64,000 nucleotides of DNA from assembly GCA_964536725.1 (NCBI GenBank), contig CAZHYJ010000002.1:91219-155218 (forward strand), written 5' to 3'. Numbering within the stretch: the first letter of the stretch is position 1; each line of letters opens with the position of its first letter. The translations under genes and the position numbers were made by a program. Under the pieces are notes generated by a model. The model was not told the origin of the DNA, did no database searches, and was given only the letters and a program-made list of their open reading frames with translations. Of this stretch, positions 47,391 to 56,645 are shown one piece after another. This DNA is from an uncultured Gammaproteobacteria bacterium. Lineage in GTDB: Bacteria > Patescibacteriota > Patescibacteriia > Magasanikbacterales > GWA2-37-8.

Positions 47391-48341
47391 TTACTCTTTA
47401 AATAGCGGGTGAAATTCATGATGGCTTTTTTCAGCAAATTTATCTGAAGCGTGCACGTATCTAGTAGTGGTGTCTAGAGATTCGTGGCCTAATAGAATCT
47501 GTATAGCAGCCGGATTTGCCCCATTTTCAGCTAAATAAGTGGCAAAACCGTGTCTTAGGGTGTGGGCGCTAATTGGGATATTTATGTCTAATAATTCTCG
47601 ATAGCGTTTAATTTTGTACTGCAAGTAGTTCGTAGAAATTCTTTTGTTTTTTTCCTGACTGTTACTCCCGCGGTAGGGGACAAATAACATGTCAGACGCG
47701 CTGTCTCGCTTTAAAAGGTAATGTTTAATATGGACTAGTGCTCTTGGGGTTAGGTAAACAAAACGTTGTTTTTTTCCTTTACCCATAATGTAAATTCTAC
47801 CAGTCTGATCGACCTGGTTAACTTTTAGAGAAAGTAATTCGGAGATACGCATTCCAGTGGCAAAAAGCGTCTCTAACATTGCACGATTACGCAAAGTTAC
47901 CCGCTCATCATCCTCAAATTTATTTGGTGCTTCTAATATTTTAATAATTTCGGTAAATTCTGGCACGCGGGCATGTTTTTTTTCTGTTTTAAGCAGCTTA
48001 ACAGACACCGGGGAGATTGGTGGATGCCTATCCATATCTTCTAAAAATTTAAGATAAGAGCGTAAGGCCGACAACATTCGGTTGATTGAGTAACTACCCA
48101 GTTTTTTATCTGGTTTGTGTTCTTCGGCAGTTTTGCGATCAGAAGAGCTTAGATAGGCCTTATAACGCAATAAATCAGTCTTTTCTAACTTAGAAAAATC
48201 TTTTTTTATATCATTACTAATAAAAAATTCAAAAACACGTAAATCACGGTCATAATTATACGCAGTTTCTTCAGAGAAGTTACTAGCCTTGATATTCAAA
48301 ATAAAATCATCTAAATAGGGGAGTGGGTGTGATATTTTCAT
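47391..48341 (-). CDS. XerC/XerD-type tyrosine recombinase
   Basis: SAM-like N-terminus; TGMRISEL, GKGKKQR, HTLRHGFAT, LLGHESLDTTTRY. Confidence 0.92.
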   Translation of the reverse strand: MKISHPLPYLDDFILNIKASNFSEETAYNYDRDLRVFEFFISNDIKKDFSKLEKTDLLRYKAYLSSSDRKTAEEHKPDKKLGSYSINRMLSALRSYLKFLEDMDRHPPISPVSVKLLKTEKKHARVPEFTEIIKILEAPNKFEDDERVTLRNRAMLETLFATGMRISELLSLKVNQVDQTGRIYIMGKGKKQRFVYLTPRALVHIKHYLLKRDSASDMLFVPYRGSNSQEKNKRISTNYLQYKIKRYRELLDINIPISAHTLRHGFATYLAENGANPAAIQILLGHESLDTTTRYVHASDKFAEKSHHEFHPLFKE

Positions 48342-48578
48342 AGTCTTCGTTCTTCAAATAATGTTAGATTAAAAGCTTCACTGAGCGTCCTAACCAGTTT
48401 ATTTCTTTTTAGCTCACGCTGAATGGATCGAGCTGTAATTTGTATTCCAGTTGATTTAAATAACTTGTCAGATAATCACTTGGCTGGAAAATTTGTTCTT
48501 TAGATACATTTCTTTCAAAACATCCAGAAAGGGTAGTCCGAGCTTGTCGGAAATCGCTTTCATCTTGTTTCTGGGCAT
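48338..48578 (-). pseudogene. Frameshifted small HTH-like ORF coupled to xer
   Basis: MPRNKMKAISDKLGLPFLDVLKEMYLKNKFSSQ, then a frame change to LSDKLFKSTGIQITARSIQRELKRNKLVRTLSEAFNLTLFEERRL*, whose TGA overlaps the xer ATG. Confidence 0.55.
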
Positions 48579-48609
48579 ATTTGCATATTATAACTGAGTG
48601 TAAGAGTTA

Positions 48610-48637
48610 TTATACTCAATTATATATTATCTAAATA
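48610..48637. other. Candidate dif site
   Basis: TTATACTCAAT-TATATA-TTATCTAAATA; core plus right arm match B. subtilis dif (TATATA-TTATGTAAACT) at 14/17; sits at the apparent GC-skew switch next to xer. Confidence 0.5.
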
Positions 48638-48647
48638 AAACAGTCAA
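48619..48647 (-). promoter_or_regulatory. Promoter of the HTH-xer unit
   Basis: TTGACT (48642-48647), 17 bp, TATAAT (48619-48624) on the - strand. Confidence 0.65.
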
Positions 48648-48678
48648 ATAACGGCTGTGGATATTTTTCGCCCCTTCC

Positions 48679-49722
48679 CTACTTCCAATACACCCTTTCA
48701 CCATAACGCAAGTCAACATGCTCAACTGGATGGTTGTCTTTAATTATTGCTGTTAAATTGTTAAAAGCACTTTCACAGCTTCCATTAATGCTAATCAGTA
48801 TATCCCAAGATTCTGTAGTCTTAATTGTCAGGCCAGCCGCTAGGTTGTCCAAGACAAAGTACTGCAACTCCCCCACTAACCCCCCTTTTAGTATTTTTTG
48901 CCAGGCCAACACAGCAGTAACGACTTCTTTTTCTAAATTATTTTTATTTTCTCTCCCTATTCTTCGATCGTAAATTAACGGAAAAGAACCAGATTCTGTT
49001 TTGATTAATTTAAAATTTGGTTTGTGTACTTTGATGGACAGTGTTGTGGTAGCCATTGGTACGCTTTTAATTATGGTAGACGTCGTCGTAGTAGTGTTTT
49101 TTGTGCTAGAAGCAGCAGTTGTTTCATTCAAATCTTCTGCTTCAAACTCGTTTTCTGGTATTACTTTTAAAGTTTTTATAAAGTTACCATTTTCATCTAA
49201 AAGGATATAATCACGCCCATTATCATAAATAATACTAGTTGTTTTTTCTTTTATTGAAATTTTTATTATATCTGGAAAAACTTTGATTACAGCAACATCC
49301 TCTACCGCGAAATTATTGAGTATTTCTTTTTTTATCTTTTTAACACTTAATATAAAATAATTACTGTTTGGCCACCAACTTTTTTTAGAATTAAGAAATT
49401 TAGTATTAATAAAATTATTTAATTCTTCTTTTTTTGTAATGTTTAATCCGCTGAATTCAATTTTATTAATTTTAAAATATGGTAGATAAAACATTATTCC
49501 CAACCAAATAACAAACAATAAAACAACCAACACGATAGTTGTTTTTAATGATCGAGGTTTTTCTGGGGTATTTTTTTTGAAGGGGTTGCGTACCTCGACT
49601 AAATTGGCGTCTATTTTTTGCAGAGAACGTCTGCGCTCTCTTTTTTTACACCAACGACGCCACCAGGAATCGGGGGTGTGATTATTTTGTAGATTAGACG
49701 CGGAGTAGAAAAACCGCGGCAT
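48679..49722 (-). CDS. FtsQ/DivIB-like cell division protein
   Basis: Single TM, POTRA-like region (YFKINKIEFSG...KVFPDII.I.IKEK), C-terminal HVDLRYGERVYWK. Confidence 0.7.
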   Translation of the reverse strand: MPRFFYSASNLQNNHTPDSWWRRWCKKRERRRSLQKIDANLVEVRNPFKKNTPEKPRSLKTTIVLVVLLFVIWLGIMFYLPYFKINKIEFSGLNITKKEELNNFINTKFLNSKKSWWPNSNYFILSVKKIKKEILNNFAVEDVAVIKVFPDIIKISIKEKTTSIIYDNGRDYILLDENGNFIKTLKVIPENEFEAEDLNETTAASSTKNTTTTTSTIIKSVPMATTTLSIKVHKPNFKLIKTESGSFPLIYDRRIGRENKNNLEKEVVTAVLAWQKILKGGLVGELQYFVLDNLAAGLTIKTTESWDILISINGSCESAFNNLTAIIKDNHPVEHVDLRYGERVYWK

Positions 49723-49723
49723 A

Positions 49724-50839
49724 TTACTTAGCTTTTATCCGAGGAATTAAGGGGTTAATTCTTGTTACCGCTTCGTAGTTGATTGTTTTGGACCATTCAG
49801 ATATATTTTCAGCACTGATAGTATTTTTCCCGTCTTTACCGATCAAAGTGACTAAATCTCCTGGTTTAACCCGCAAACCAAGTGGTACCTCTACCATCAT
49901 CAAATTCATACAGATGCGGCCGCGTATGGGGCAAATTTTGCCTTTAATTAGCACTTTGGCAGTATTGGAAAGCGTCCTAGTGTAACCATCCCAATAACCT
50001 ATAGGTAAGACAACGATTTTTGCTTCTTTGTCTAAAACATAGCCACTGCCATAGCCAATCCCCGCTCGGCGTGGTAAAGTTTTTACCTGGATGATTTTGG
50101 TTTTCCAACTTAGGACTGGTTTTAGCTTTATTTTGTTTGATAATTTTTTGTCCGGATACAAACCATACAACCCCAAACCTAATCTGCCTGCGTTGAGGTC
50201 AGAAAAGTCAAAACCAAGCGACGCAGCTGTACAAGACATGTGTTTTATCTTCGGATTAATTCCTTGGTTGTTTAATATTTTTAATGCTTCTGCAAAAGTC
50301 TCGTGTTGTTTTCTGGTAAAAAGGGCATTGTCTTCACTTGATGCAAAATGACTCCATATTCCCTCAGCACTCACCCACTTTGCTCGTTTGATTGTATTGG
50401 ATACTTTAAGCAGATCAGATAATAAAAAGCCAACTCGTGAGGTGCCTGTATCAATTTTAATATGCACCTTTACTTTTTTCTTTAGCGATTTTGCCACCGC
50501 GTTTAATATGCCAATTTGATCAAGACGATAAATGGGGAACACTACTCCCCTACTAACTAATTTTTTTAACTCATTTTTATCCTCTGAATAAAAACTTAAA
50601 ATTAAAATTGATTTTTTAATTTTTAACGCAATTAATTTTAAAGCTTCATCGCTATTCACTACACAGATTCGATCCACGTTTTTATCACTATTACAAATTT
50701 GAGCAATCAAATCAAACCCGTGACCATAGGCATTGGATTTGATAACCGGCATCAACAAATTATTCTTACCCACTACTTTTCTAAATTGTTGCAGGTTAAA
50801 TCGAACAGCTGCTTCACTAATTTCCACCCAAGAAAACAT
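49724..50839 (-). CDS. alr: Alanine racemase
   Basis: VIKSNAYGHG, HIKIDTG, IGYWDGY, GRICMN. Confidence 0.95.
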   Translation of the reverse strand: MFSWVEISEAAVRFNLQQFRKVVGKNNLLMPVIKSNAYGHGFDLIAQICNSDKNVDRICVVNSDEALKLIALKIKKSILILSFYSEDKNELKKLVSRGVVFPIYRLDQIGILNAVAKSLKKKVKVHIKIDTGTSRVGFLLSDLLKVSNTIKRAKWVSAEGIWSHFASSEDNALFTRKQHETFAEALKILNNQGINPKIKHMSCTAASLGFDFSDLNAGRLGLGLYGLYPDKKLSNKIKLKPVLSWKTKIIQVKTLPRRAGIGYGSGYVLDKEAKIVVLPIGYWDGYTRTLSNTAKVLIKGKICPIRGRICMNLMMVEVPLGLRVKPGDLVTLIGKDGKNTISAENISEWSKTINYEAVTRINPLIPRIKAK

Positions 50840-50841
50840 AA

Positions 50842-52095
50842 TTACATTTTTTCTACACCAAGATATTTTTGTAGTACCTTAGGTACTTTAATTGTTCCGT
50901 CCTCTTGCTGGTAGTTTTCTATTACTGCTACTGGAAAACGACTCAGCACTACAGCAGTGCCATTTAAGGTATGAACAAATTCGGTTTGTCCCTCAGCTTT
51001 ACGGTAACGGATATTTAAGCGTCGGGCTTGATAGTCTAAACAATTGCTGGTTGAAGTAATTTCGCCATAACCACCTTGTGTTCCCTCGCCTGCCTTCATT
51101 GTCATCCAAGCTTCAATATCAAATTTGCGATAAGCTGGTCCGCCTAAATCTCCTGAGGCGATATCAATAACCTGGTAGGGTATTTCTAAACCATCAACGA
51201 TTTCTTTTTCAATATCTAATATCTCTTGATGTAATTTTTCGCTGTCTTCTGGTTTGCAGAATACAAACATCTCTAGTTTAGTAAATTGATGTACGCGATA
51301 GAGGCCCTTACTGGTGCGACCATATGATCCGCCTTCGGTCCTAAAACAGTGCGACATTGCAACATATTTCTTTGGTCCGTTTTCTAAGTCCATAATTTCC
51401 TCTGAATGATATCCTCCTACAGTAATTTCGGCGGTACCAACCAAACTTAAATCTGAGTTTTCAATTGAGTACACCTGTGTTTCTGGTCCGCGCGGATTAA
51501 AGCCAACACCTGTCAGGATTTCATCTTTAGCCAAGTCTGGCGTTTCTAGAAGGGTATACCCATGTTTAGTAACGACTTCAATTCCATAGTTTAGTAGGGC
51601 TAAATTAAGACGCACTGCTGAATTTTTGGTAAAATAGAATTTTGCTCCGGCTACCTTGGCGCCGCGTTCAAAATCTATCAAATCATTTTTAACCATCAAC
51701 TCTTCATGGTCTCTGGGAGAAAAAGCGAATGGCTTTGGCTCAAAGTTTTTATAGACAACTTTAAAGTCTTCTTCACCGCCAATCGGAGTGTCTGGGTGGG
51801 TTAGGTTTGGAATTTGTAAAAGTAAATCTTTAAATTCACTTTCAATGGTTGTCTGTTTTTCTTCCAAAGATTTAATCTCATCCCCTACCTTGCGCATGTT
51901 AGCAATCTCTTCCTCGGTTGGTTTACCTTTTGATTTTTGATTACGTAATGCGCGTAAGTCTTCAATCTTTTTTAGATTTTCCCTCCGCTCTTCATCTACT
52001 CCTAGCAATCTATCGACATCAACTTTGACTCGCCTCTTTTCACAGTTGTCTTTAATTAGATCTTTGTTGTCACGAATAAATTTTATTTCTAACAT
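50842..52095 (-). CDS. serS: Serine--tRNA ligase
   Basis: LVGTAE, CFRTEGG, GLYRVHQFTKLE, SNCLDYQARRL, HTLNGT. Confidence 0.97.
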   Translation of the reverse strand: MLEIKFIRDNKDLIKDNCEKRRVKVDVDRLLGVDEERRENLKKIEDLRALRNQKSKGKPTEEEIANMRKVGDEIKSLEEKQTTIESEFKDLLLQIPNLTHPDTPIGGEEDFKVVYKNFEPKPFAFSPRDHEELMVKNDLIDFERGAKVAGAKFYFTKNSAVRLNLALLNYGIEVVTKHGYTLLETPDLAKDEILTGVGFNPRGPETQVYSIENSDLSLVGTAEITVGGYHSEEIMDLENGPKKYVAMSHCFRTEGGSYGRTSKGLYRVHQFTKLEMFVFCKPEDSEKLHQEILDIEKEIVDGLEIPYQVIDIASGDLGGPAYRKFDIEAWMTMKAGEGTQGGYGEITSTSNCLDYQARRLNIRYRKAEGQTEFVHTLNGTAVVLSRFPVAVIENYQQEDGTIKVPKVLQKYLGVEKM

Positions 52096-52099
52096 ATTA

Positions 52100-53140
52100 T
52101 TAAAGTTTGTATTTTTTAATTATTTGTTTTAATTCTGGTAAAAATGCTTTAAACATTTCTTTGTTTTCTCCGACGAATGCCATTTTGTTTACATCCCCAA
52201 GGGAAATCCATTTTAAATCCAAAACCTCAGCATCATTAACTTTGCCAGCTCGGCCGATGACGGAGCAAACATACGGTATCAAATATACCTGATAACTCCA
52301 AGTTGGATATTCCTGACCCTTGATATATATCGGTCGTATCTGTTCTAATGGTTTTACGTTCATCCCTGTCTCCTCTCTAACTTCGCGCGCTAAATTTTCT
52401 TTTACAGTTTCACCAAATTCCATTGAGCCACCCGGAAATTCCCATCTCTCATGATATTCTGGACGATGTGGGTCATTTCTTTTTGTTACTAAAATTTTTC
52501 CGTCTTTAACTATCACAGCCACTGGTACGACAATATGGCGACTGCTATATTGATTGTGTAGATAATATTTCATTTGATTCAGCGCCTTTCCTCGGTGGCT
52601 GCAAGAATTTTTTTCTGTGGCGGACATCTCCGCATAAGTTTTTTGTTTTTCAGTAACAAAAAATATCGGATCATAGCCAAATCCATTAGTGGTGTTTTTG
52701 ATTTCTTTTTCCAATATTTCCCCTGTTGTTTCGCCAGTAGTTAAATAATTTGTTTTATTATTTGGATCATACAAAGCTAGTACATCACGAAAAGTCGCAC
52801 GCCGACATTTTGAATCTTTTAATTCTTTCAAAACTAATTTTCTACGCGATTGGTCTGTCTTGCTGATTCGAGCACTATGTACTCCGGGCCAATTATGTAG
52901 AGACTCAATAAACAATCCCGAATCATCAGCCAAAGAAATTAACCCCGTTTTCTCTCCATAATAACAAGCCTTTACCACTGCGTTACCCCAGATTGTTGGT
53001 TCGTTTTCCGGTGGAGCAGGTGGACATTTTTTAAGATCATTTAATGATAAAATTTGAAACGGCAAATCAGCCAAGAAATTTTTGATTTCTTTAAATTTCC
53101 CCATGTTAGTTGTCGCGATCAGAAGCTTCTTTTTCTTCAT
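52100..53140 (-). CDS. rdgB: RdgB/HAM1 non-canonical purine NTP pyrophosphatase fused to a NUDIX domain
   Basis: ATTNMGKFKE, ADDSGL, PGVHSAR, GFGYDPIF, SHRGKAL; then WEFPGGSMEFGETVKENLAREVREETG. Confidence 0.9.
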   Translation of the reverse strand: MKKKKLLIATTNMGKFKEIKNFLADLPFQILSLNDLKKCPPAPPENEPTIWGNAVVKACYYGEKTGLISLADDSGLFIESLHNWPGVHSARISKTDQSRRKLVLKELKDSKCRRATFRDVLALYDPNNKTNYLTTGETTGEILEKEIKNTTNGFGYDPIFFVTEKQKTYAEMSATEKNSCSHRGKALNQMKYYLHNQYSSRHIVVPVAVIVKDGKILVTKRNDPHRPEYHERWEFPGGSMEFGETVKENLAREVREETGMNVKPLEQIRPIYIKGQEYPTWSYQVYLIPYVCSVIGRAGKVNDAEVLDLKWISLGDVNKMAFVGENKEMFKAFLPELKQIIKKYKL

Positions 53141-53143
53141 ATA

Positions 53144-53548
53144 TTATTCTGCACTTAATTTAGAGCTCTTATAAACTTCCGGCATATAAGGTGGAATGCG
53201 TACTATTTGAACATTATCATCGATCACGTCTACTAATTTATCAACAAACACTTTTTGATCATATCCCAACGCGATAATATTTGGTTTCTCATCAACAATC
53301 ACTTTGTATCGATCATTAGGATCAAGACAACCCAAGACAACCTTGTCAGCAATATTTAACTTGTTAATATTATCTTTACGCTCGTTTTCATCAAATTGTG
53401 GTGCCTTGCCTTTAACAGCGCACACAGTATTATCACGCGCTATTACCACAACTAAATAATCACCATATTCCTTTGCCTGTTTAAGAAAATATGCGTGTCC
53501 AGGGTGAATTAAATCGAATGTGCCAAATACAATCACCTTTTTACTCAT
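53144..53548 (-). CDS. Cytidylyltransferase-family protein (RibL-like FAD synthetase)
   Basis: FGTFDLIHPGH, VIARD, ALGYDQ, KSS. Confidence 0.82.
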   Translation of the reverse strand: MSKKVIVFGTFDLIHPGHAYFLKQAKEYGDYLVVVIARDNTVCAVKGKAPQFDENERKDNINKLNIADKVVLGCLDPNDRYKVIVDEKPNIIALGYDQKVFVDKLVDVIDDNVQIVRIPPYMPEVYKSSKLSAE

Positions 53549-53551
53549 AAC

Positions 53552-54550
53552 CTATTCTTTTTGTGGATAAAACGAAATCATCTTATTGATTATTTGGATA
53601 GCCTCAGCAATAAATTTTCTTTGGTGTATAAAAACATCTTTTTGTGCAGGGGAAATTGTTTGGTCAGTTAATTTTTCTTCTATTTCTCCCCTTTTTTCTT
53701 CGTATGTTTTTAACATTAACGGAAATATTTCTACTGGATCTTTCTGCTCCCCTCTGTTAGAGCGTGCTTCAAATACATCAGCTAACTCAATTAGCGTCGC
53801 CGCTTCGTTTAGCTCTGATTTTCTTTTCTTGTTTTTTCCAATAAGCAAATCCTCAATTTGCTGGTCCGTAATATGGTAGGGGTAGTTATGCAAACCACGG
53901 TGATGTGATGCTACCAAATAAATAATCTCTGGATTAAATTTGGGGATATTTTTCAAAATTGAATACGAATTGTCTAGATGCCCCGCAAAAATTTCCCCCA
54001 TTGTGGTTTGTTCTGTAATACCAATAGTTTGCAATGTTTCCCACATTTTTTCTTTTTCATCGGGTAAGGCATGTTTGTTGATAGCGGCAAGCACTGTTGT
54101 GTTGTGAAAATTTTTCCCCATTTCTTTGTCTGGTTCGTAAAATGAAAACAGTTTAGAGTATGCTGTTTGTGCTTCTAAATTGGCATCTGCCGGACCAGTC
54201 TTTCCGATATCGTGAATGGTAGCAGCGGCAATTATTTTCTTACGATATTTTTCCACCCAGGCTTCTGGAAAAAATTTTAACCATATATCTAAAACTTCTA
54301 TTAAATTTGTTGTATGTTCCAAGTGTGTGCCTATTTCTTTTTTTATCACCTCGCCGGAGGCATTCCTACCTTCTATATAATGTTTCCTTTCTCCAATAAC
54401 ACGCCGATCGGTATCGAGTAACATCAAACGTTCGCCTAATTCGACGGGCAGATTAATCCCCTCTTGTCTCAGCCAAAATTTTATTTTTTCTCTAGCATTA
54501 GAGGGGTCTTGTTTTTGAGCAAAGTCAAATCCCGTTCTTTCTGAATCCAT
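53552..54550 (-). CDS. HD-domain phosphohydrolase
   Basis: HLEHT, IHDIGK, GHL, SHHR, LADVFEAR. Confidence 0.72.
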   Translation of the reverse strand: MDSERTGFDFAQKQDPSNAREKIKFWLRQEGINLPVELGERLMLLDTDRRVIGERKHYIEGRNASGEVIKKEIGTHLEHTTNLIEVLDIWLKFFPEAWVEKYRKKIIAAATIHDIGKTGPADANLEAQTAYSKLFSFYEPDKEMGKNFHNTTVLAAINKHALPDEKEKMWETLQTIGITEQTTMGEIFAGHLDNSYSILKNIPKFNPEIIYLVASHHRGLHNYPYHITDQQIEDLLIGKNKKRKSELNEAATLIELADVFEARSNRGEQKDPVEIFPLMLKTYEEKRGEIEEKLTDQTISPAQKDVFIHQRKFIAEAIQIINKMISFYPQKE

Positions 54551-54551
54551 A

Positions 54552-56021
54552 TTATTCTTTTGGCTTAAGTGTAGGGAATAAAATTACCTCTTTTAAATTA
54601 TCAGCGTTCATCAAAAGTTTTACTAATCGATCAATACCCATGCCTAATCCAGCAGTTGGTGGCATACCATGTTTTAAGGCGGTAATAAAGTCTTCGTCAA
54701 ATGGCATACTCTCATCATCCCCTTCTTCGCCTAAACGTGTCTGCTCGCGGAATCTTTCTTCTTGGTCAATTGGGTCATTTAACTCAGTAAAGGCGTTGCA
54801 GAGCTCATTTCCGCCCACACATAATAATTGAAAACGTTCAACATAGCGTGGGTCTTCGGTCTTCTTTTTTGCTAGCGGAGACAATTCAAGTGGGTGATCG
54901 GTTACAAACATCGGATTAACGATAAACGGCCGGGCAAATTTCTTGTAAATATCGTCGATAATTTTCCCGCGTCCAGCGTGTGGGTCAAGATCATCAACAC
55001 CCAACTCTTTTGCTTTTTTGTAAATTGATTCTTGGTCAGGAAAATCCTCAATATCCATCTTCGCATATTCCTGAATCAACGCACGCATTGTTTTACGTGG
55101 ATATGGTGGAGTAAAATCAACCTCTTTGTCTTCTACTGTAAACTTGAGTGATAAGCCGGCTTTTTTAATTAGAGTTGGTAGAAGATCCTCAATCAAATCC
55201 ATTAGTTTGTTGTAGTCAGCGTATGCCCAATAAAATTCGATCTGAGTAAATTCTGGATTATGGTTTTGGTCTATTCCTTCGTTTCTAAAACAACGTGCAA
55301 TTTCATACACTTTTTCAAAACCACCAACAATCAATCTTTTTAAATACAGCTCGGGGGCGATACGTAAATACAAAGGAATGTCTAGGGCATTATGGTGAGT
55401 GACAAAGGGTTTGGCCAATGCGCCACCGTACAGTGTTTGCAAAATAGGTGTTTCCACTTCATAAAATCCAAGCGTATCAAAATAATTACGTAACTCACGC
55501 ACTAAAACAGAGCGTACGCGCGCAACACGCATTGACTCTTCGTTGGCGATCAAATCTAAATAACGTTTGCGGTAACGAATCTCTGTGTCGCTTAAACCGT
55601 GAAATTTTTCTGGCATTGGCAATAGCGCCTTGGATAAAACGACAAAACTTTTAACTAACACCGATATCTCACCGGCGTGGGTAACAAAAATAACACCCTT
55701 GCAGGAAACAAAATCCCCCATCTCCAAATTTTTGGTAAAAAATTTATATTGTTCTTTGCCCATCTCTTTTTCCGATACCGCTATTTGCAAGCGCCCACTT
55801 TCATCTTTTAAATGGCAAAAACAAAGTTTCCCCATCTCTCTTTTTCCCATAATTCTTCCCAGTACTTCCACCTCAGCATCAACCGCCATAACTTTAGCCT
55901 CTGCCAAAGTATGTGAGCGGTTGCAACGTGCTGGATATGGTTCTAAACCTGCCTGTTTAATCGTTTCGAGGTGTTCTAGACGCACCGCTTCCTCGCTAAT
56001 ATCCTGAGTGTTTCCTAGCAT
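54552..56021 (-). CDS. lysS: Lysine--tRNA ligase (class II)
   Basis: RYRKRYLDL, LRIAPELYLKRL, FRNEGID, GMPPTAGLGMGIDRL. Confidence 0.97.
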   Translation of the reverse strand: MLGNTQDISEEAVRLEHLETIKQAGLEPYPARCNRSHTLAEAKVMAVDAEVEVLGRIMGKREMGKLCFCHLKDESGRLQIAVSEKEMGKEQYKFFTKNLEMGDFVSCKGVIFVTHAGEISVLVKSFVVLSKALLPMPEKFHGLSDTEIRYRKRYLDLIANEESMRVARVRSVLVRELRNYFDTLGFYEVETPILQTLYGGALAKPFVTHHNALDIPLYLRIAPELYLKRLIVGGFEKVYEIARCFRNEGIDQNHNPEFTQIEFYWAYADYNKLMDLIEDLLPTLIKKAGLSLKFTVEDKEVDFTPPYPRKTMRALIQEYAKMDIEDFPDQESIYKKAKELGVDDLDPHAGRGKIIDDIYKKFARPFIVNPMFVTDHPLELSPLAKKKTEDPRYVERFQLLCVGGNELCNAFTELNDPIDQEERFREQTRLGEEGDDESMPFDEDFITALKHGMPPTAGLGMGIDRLVKLLMNADNLKEVILFPTLKPKE

Positions 56022-56073
56022 ATTAATATTTAATATTTACCCTAATATTATATCGAAAATGGCTGTTTTAGTC

Positions 56074-56100
56074 AAAAAACCTGCCGACTTGGCAGGTTTT
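56074..56100 (-). terminator. Terminator after greA
   Basis: AAAACCTGCC/GGCAGGTTTT inverted repeat; A6 on + gives a U-run on -. Confidence 0.78.
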
Positions 56101-56111
56101 GGAAAAATGAC

Positions 56112-56576
56112 TTATTTTATCTTAATAATTTCGTAGATTTGCTTCCCTGCCGGAGTGGCAACCTCTACCTTGTCTTTTAGCTTGGAGCCAAGCAAAGCAC
56201 TGCCCAACGGAGATTCGTTGGAGATATAGCCCTTGGTTACATCTACTTCTTGTGGGCCAACAATGGTGTATTCTTTTTCTTTTTCATTAACCCGAACAGT
56301 CGCAGTGCTACCCACCGAAACCGTCTTGTCATCTTCGCTTTTTACGATAATTTTGGCGTTCTGCAAAATCCGATCCAATTCTTGAACTTTACCTCTTGCC
56401 CAAGACATATCTTCTCTGGCTTGGTGATACTCTGCATTTTCTGATAAGTCACCTTGTTGTTTGGCCTCATCAATACGTTTGGCAATTTCTGGGATTGTTT
56501 TATTGTTTAGCTTGTCGTAATCAGCTTTGAGAGTAGCCAAACTTTCAACGGTAAGGTAATGAATTTCGTCGGTCAT
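56112..56576 (-). CDS. greA: Transcription elongation factor GreA
   Basis: GDLSENAEY, ISNESPLGSALLG. Confidence 0.96.
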   Translation of the reverse strand: MTDEIHYLTVESLATLKADYDKLNNKTIPEIAKRIDEAKQQGDLSENAEYHQAREDMSWARGKVQELDRILQNAKIIVKSEDDKTVSVGSTATVRVNEKEKEYTIVGPQEVDVTKGYISNESPLGSALLGSKLKDKVEVATPAGKQIYEIIKIK

Positions 56577-56645
56577 AGCAAAAATAATTAATTTAACTAA
56601 GTTAGTATAACACAGGAGCTTATAATGTCAAAAACAGCTTGGGGA

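Noticed and set aside
47391-48341. Xer gene as an integron or prophage integrase
   Set aside because: No IntI-specific insertion, attC array or phage genes; housekeeping context at the skew switch
49040-49125. Thr-rich repeat in the FtsQ-like gene
   Set aside because: Low-complexity linker with mixed codons, not a DNA-level repeat element
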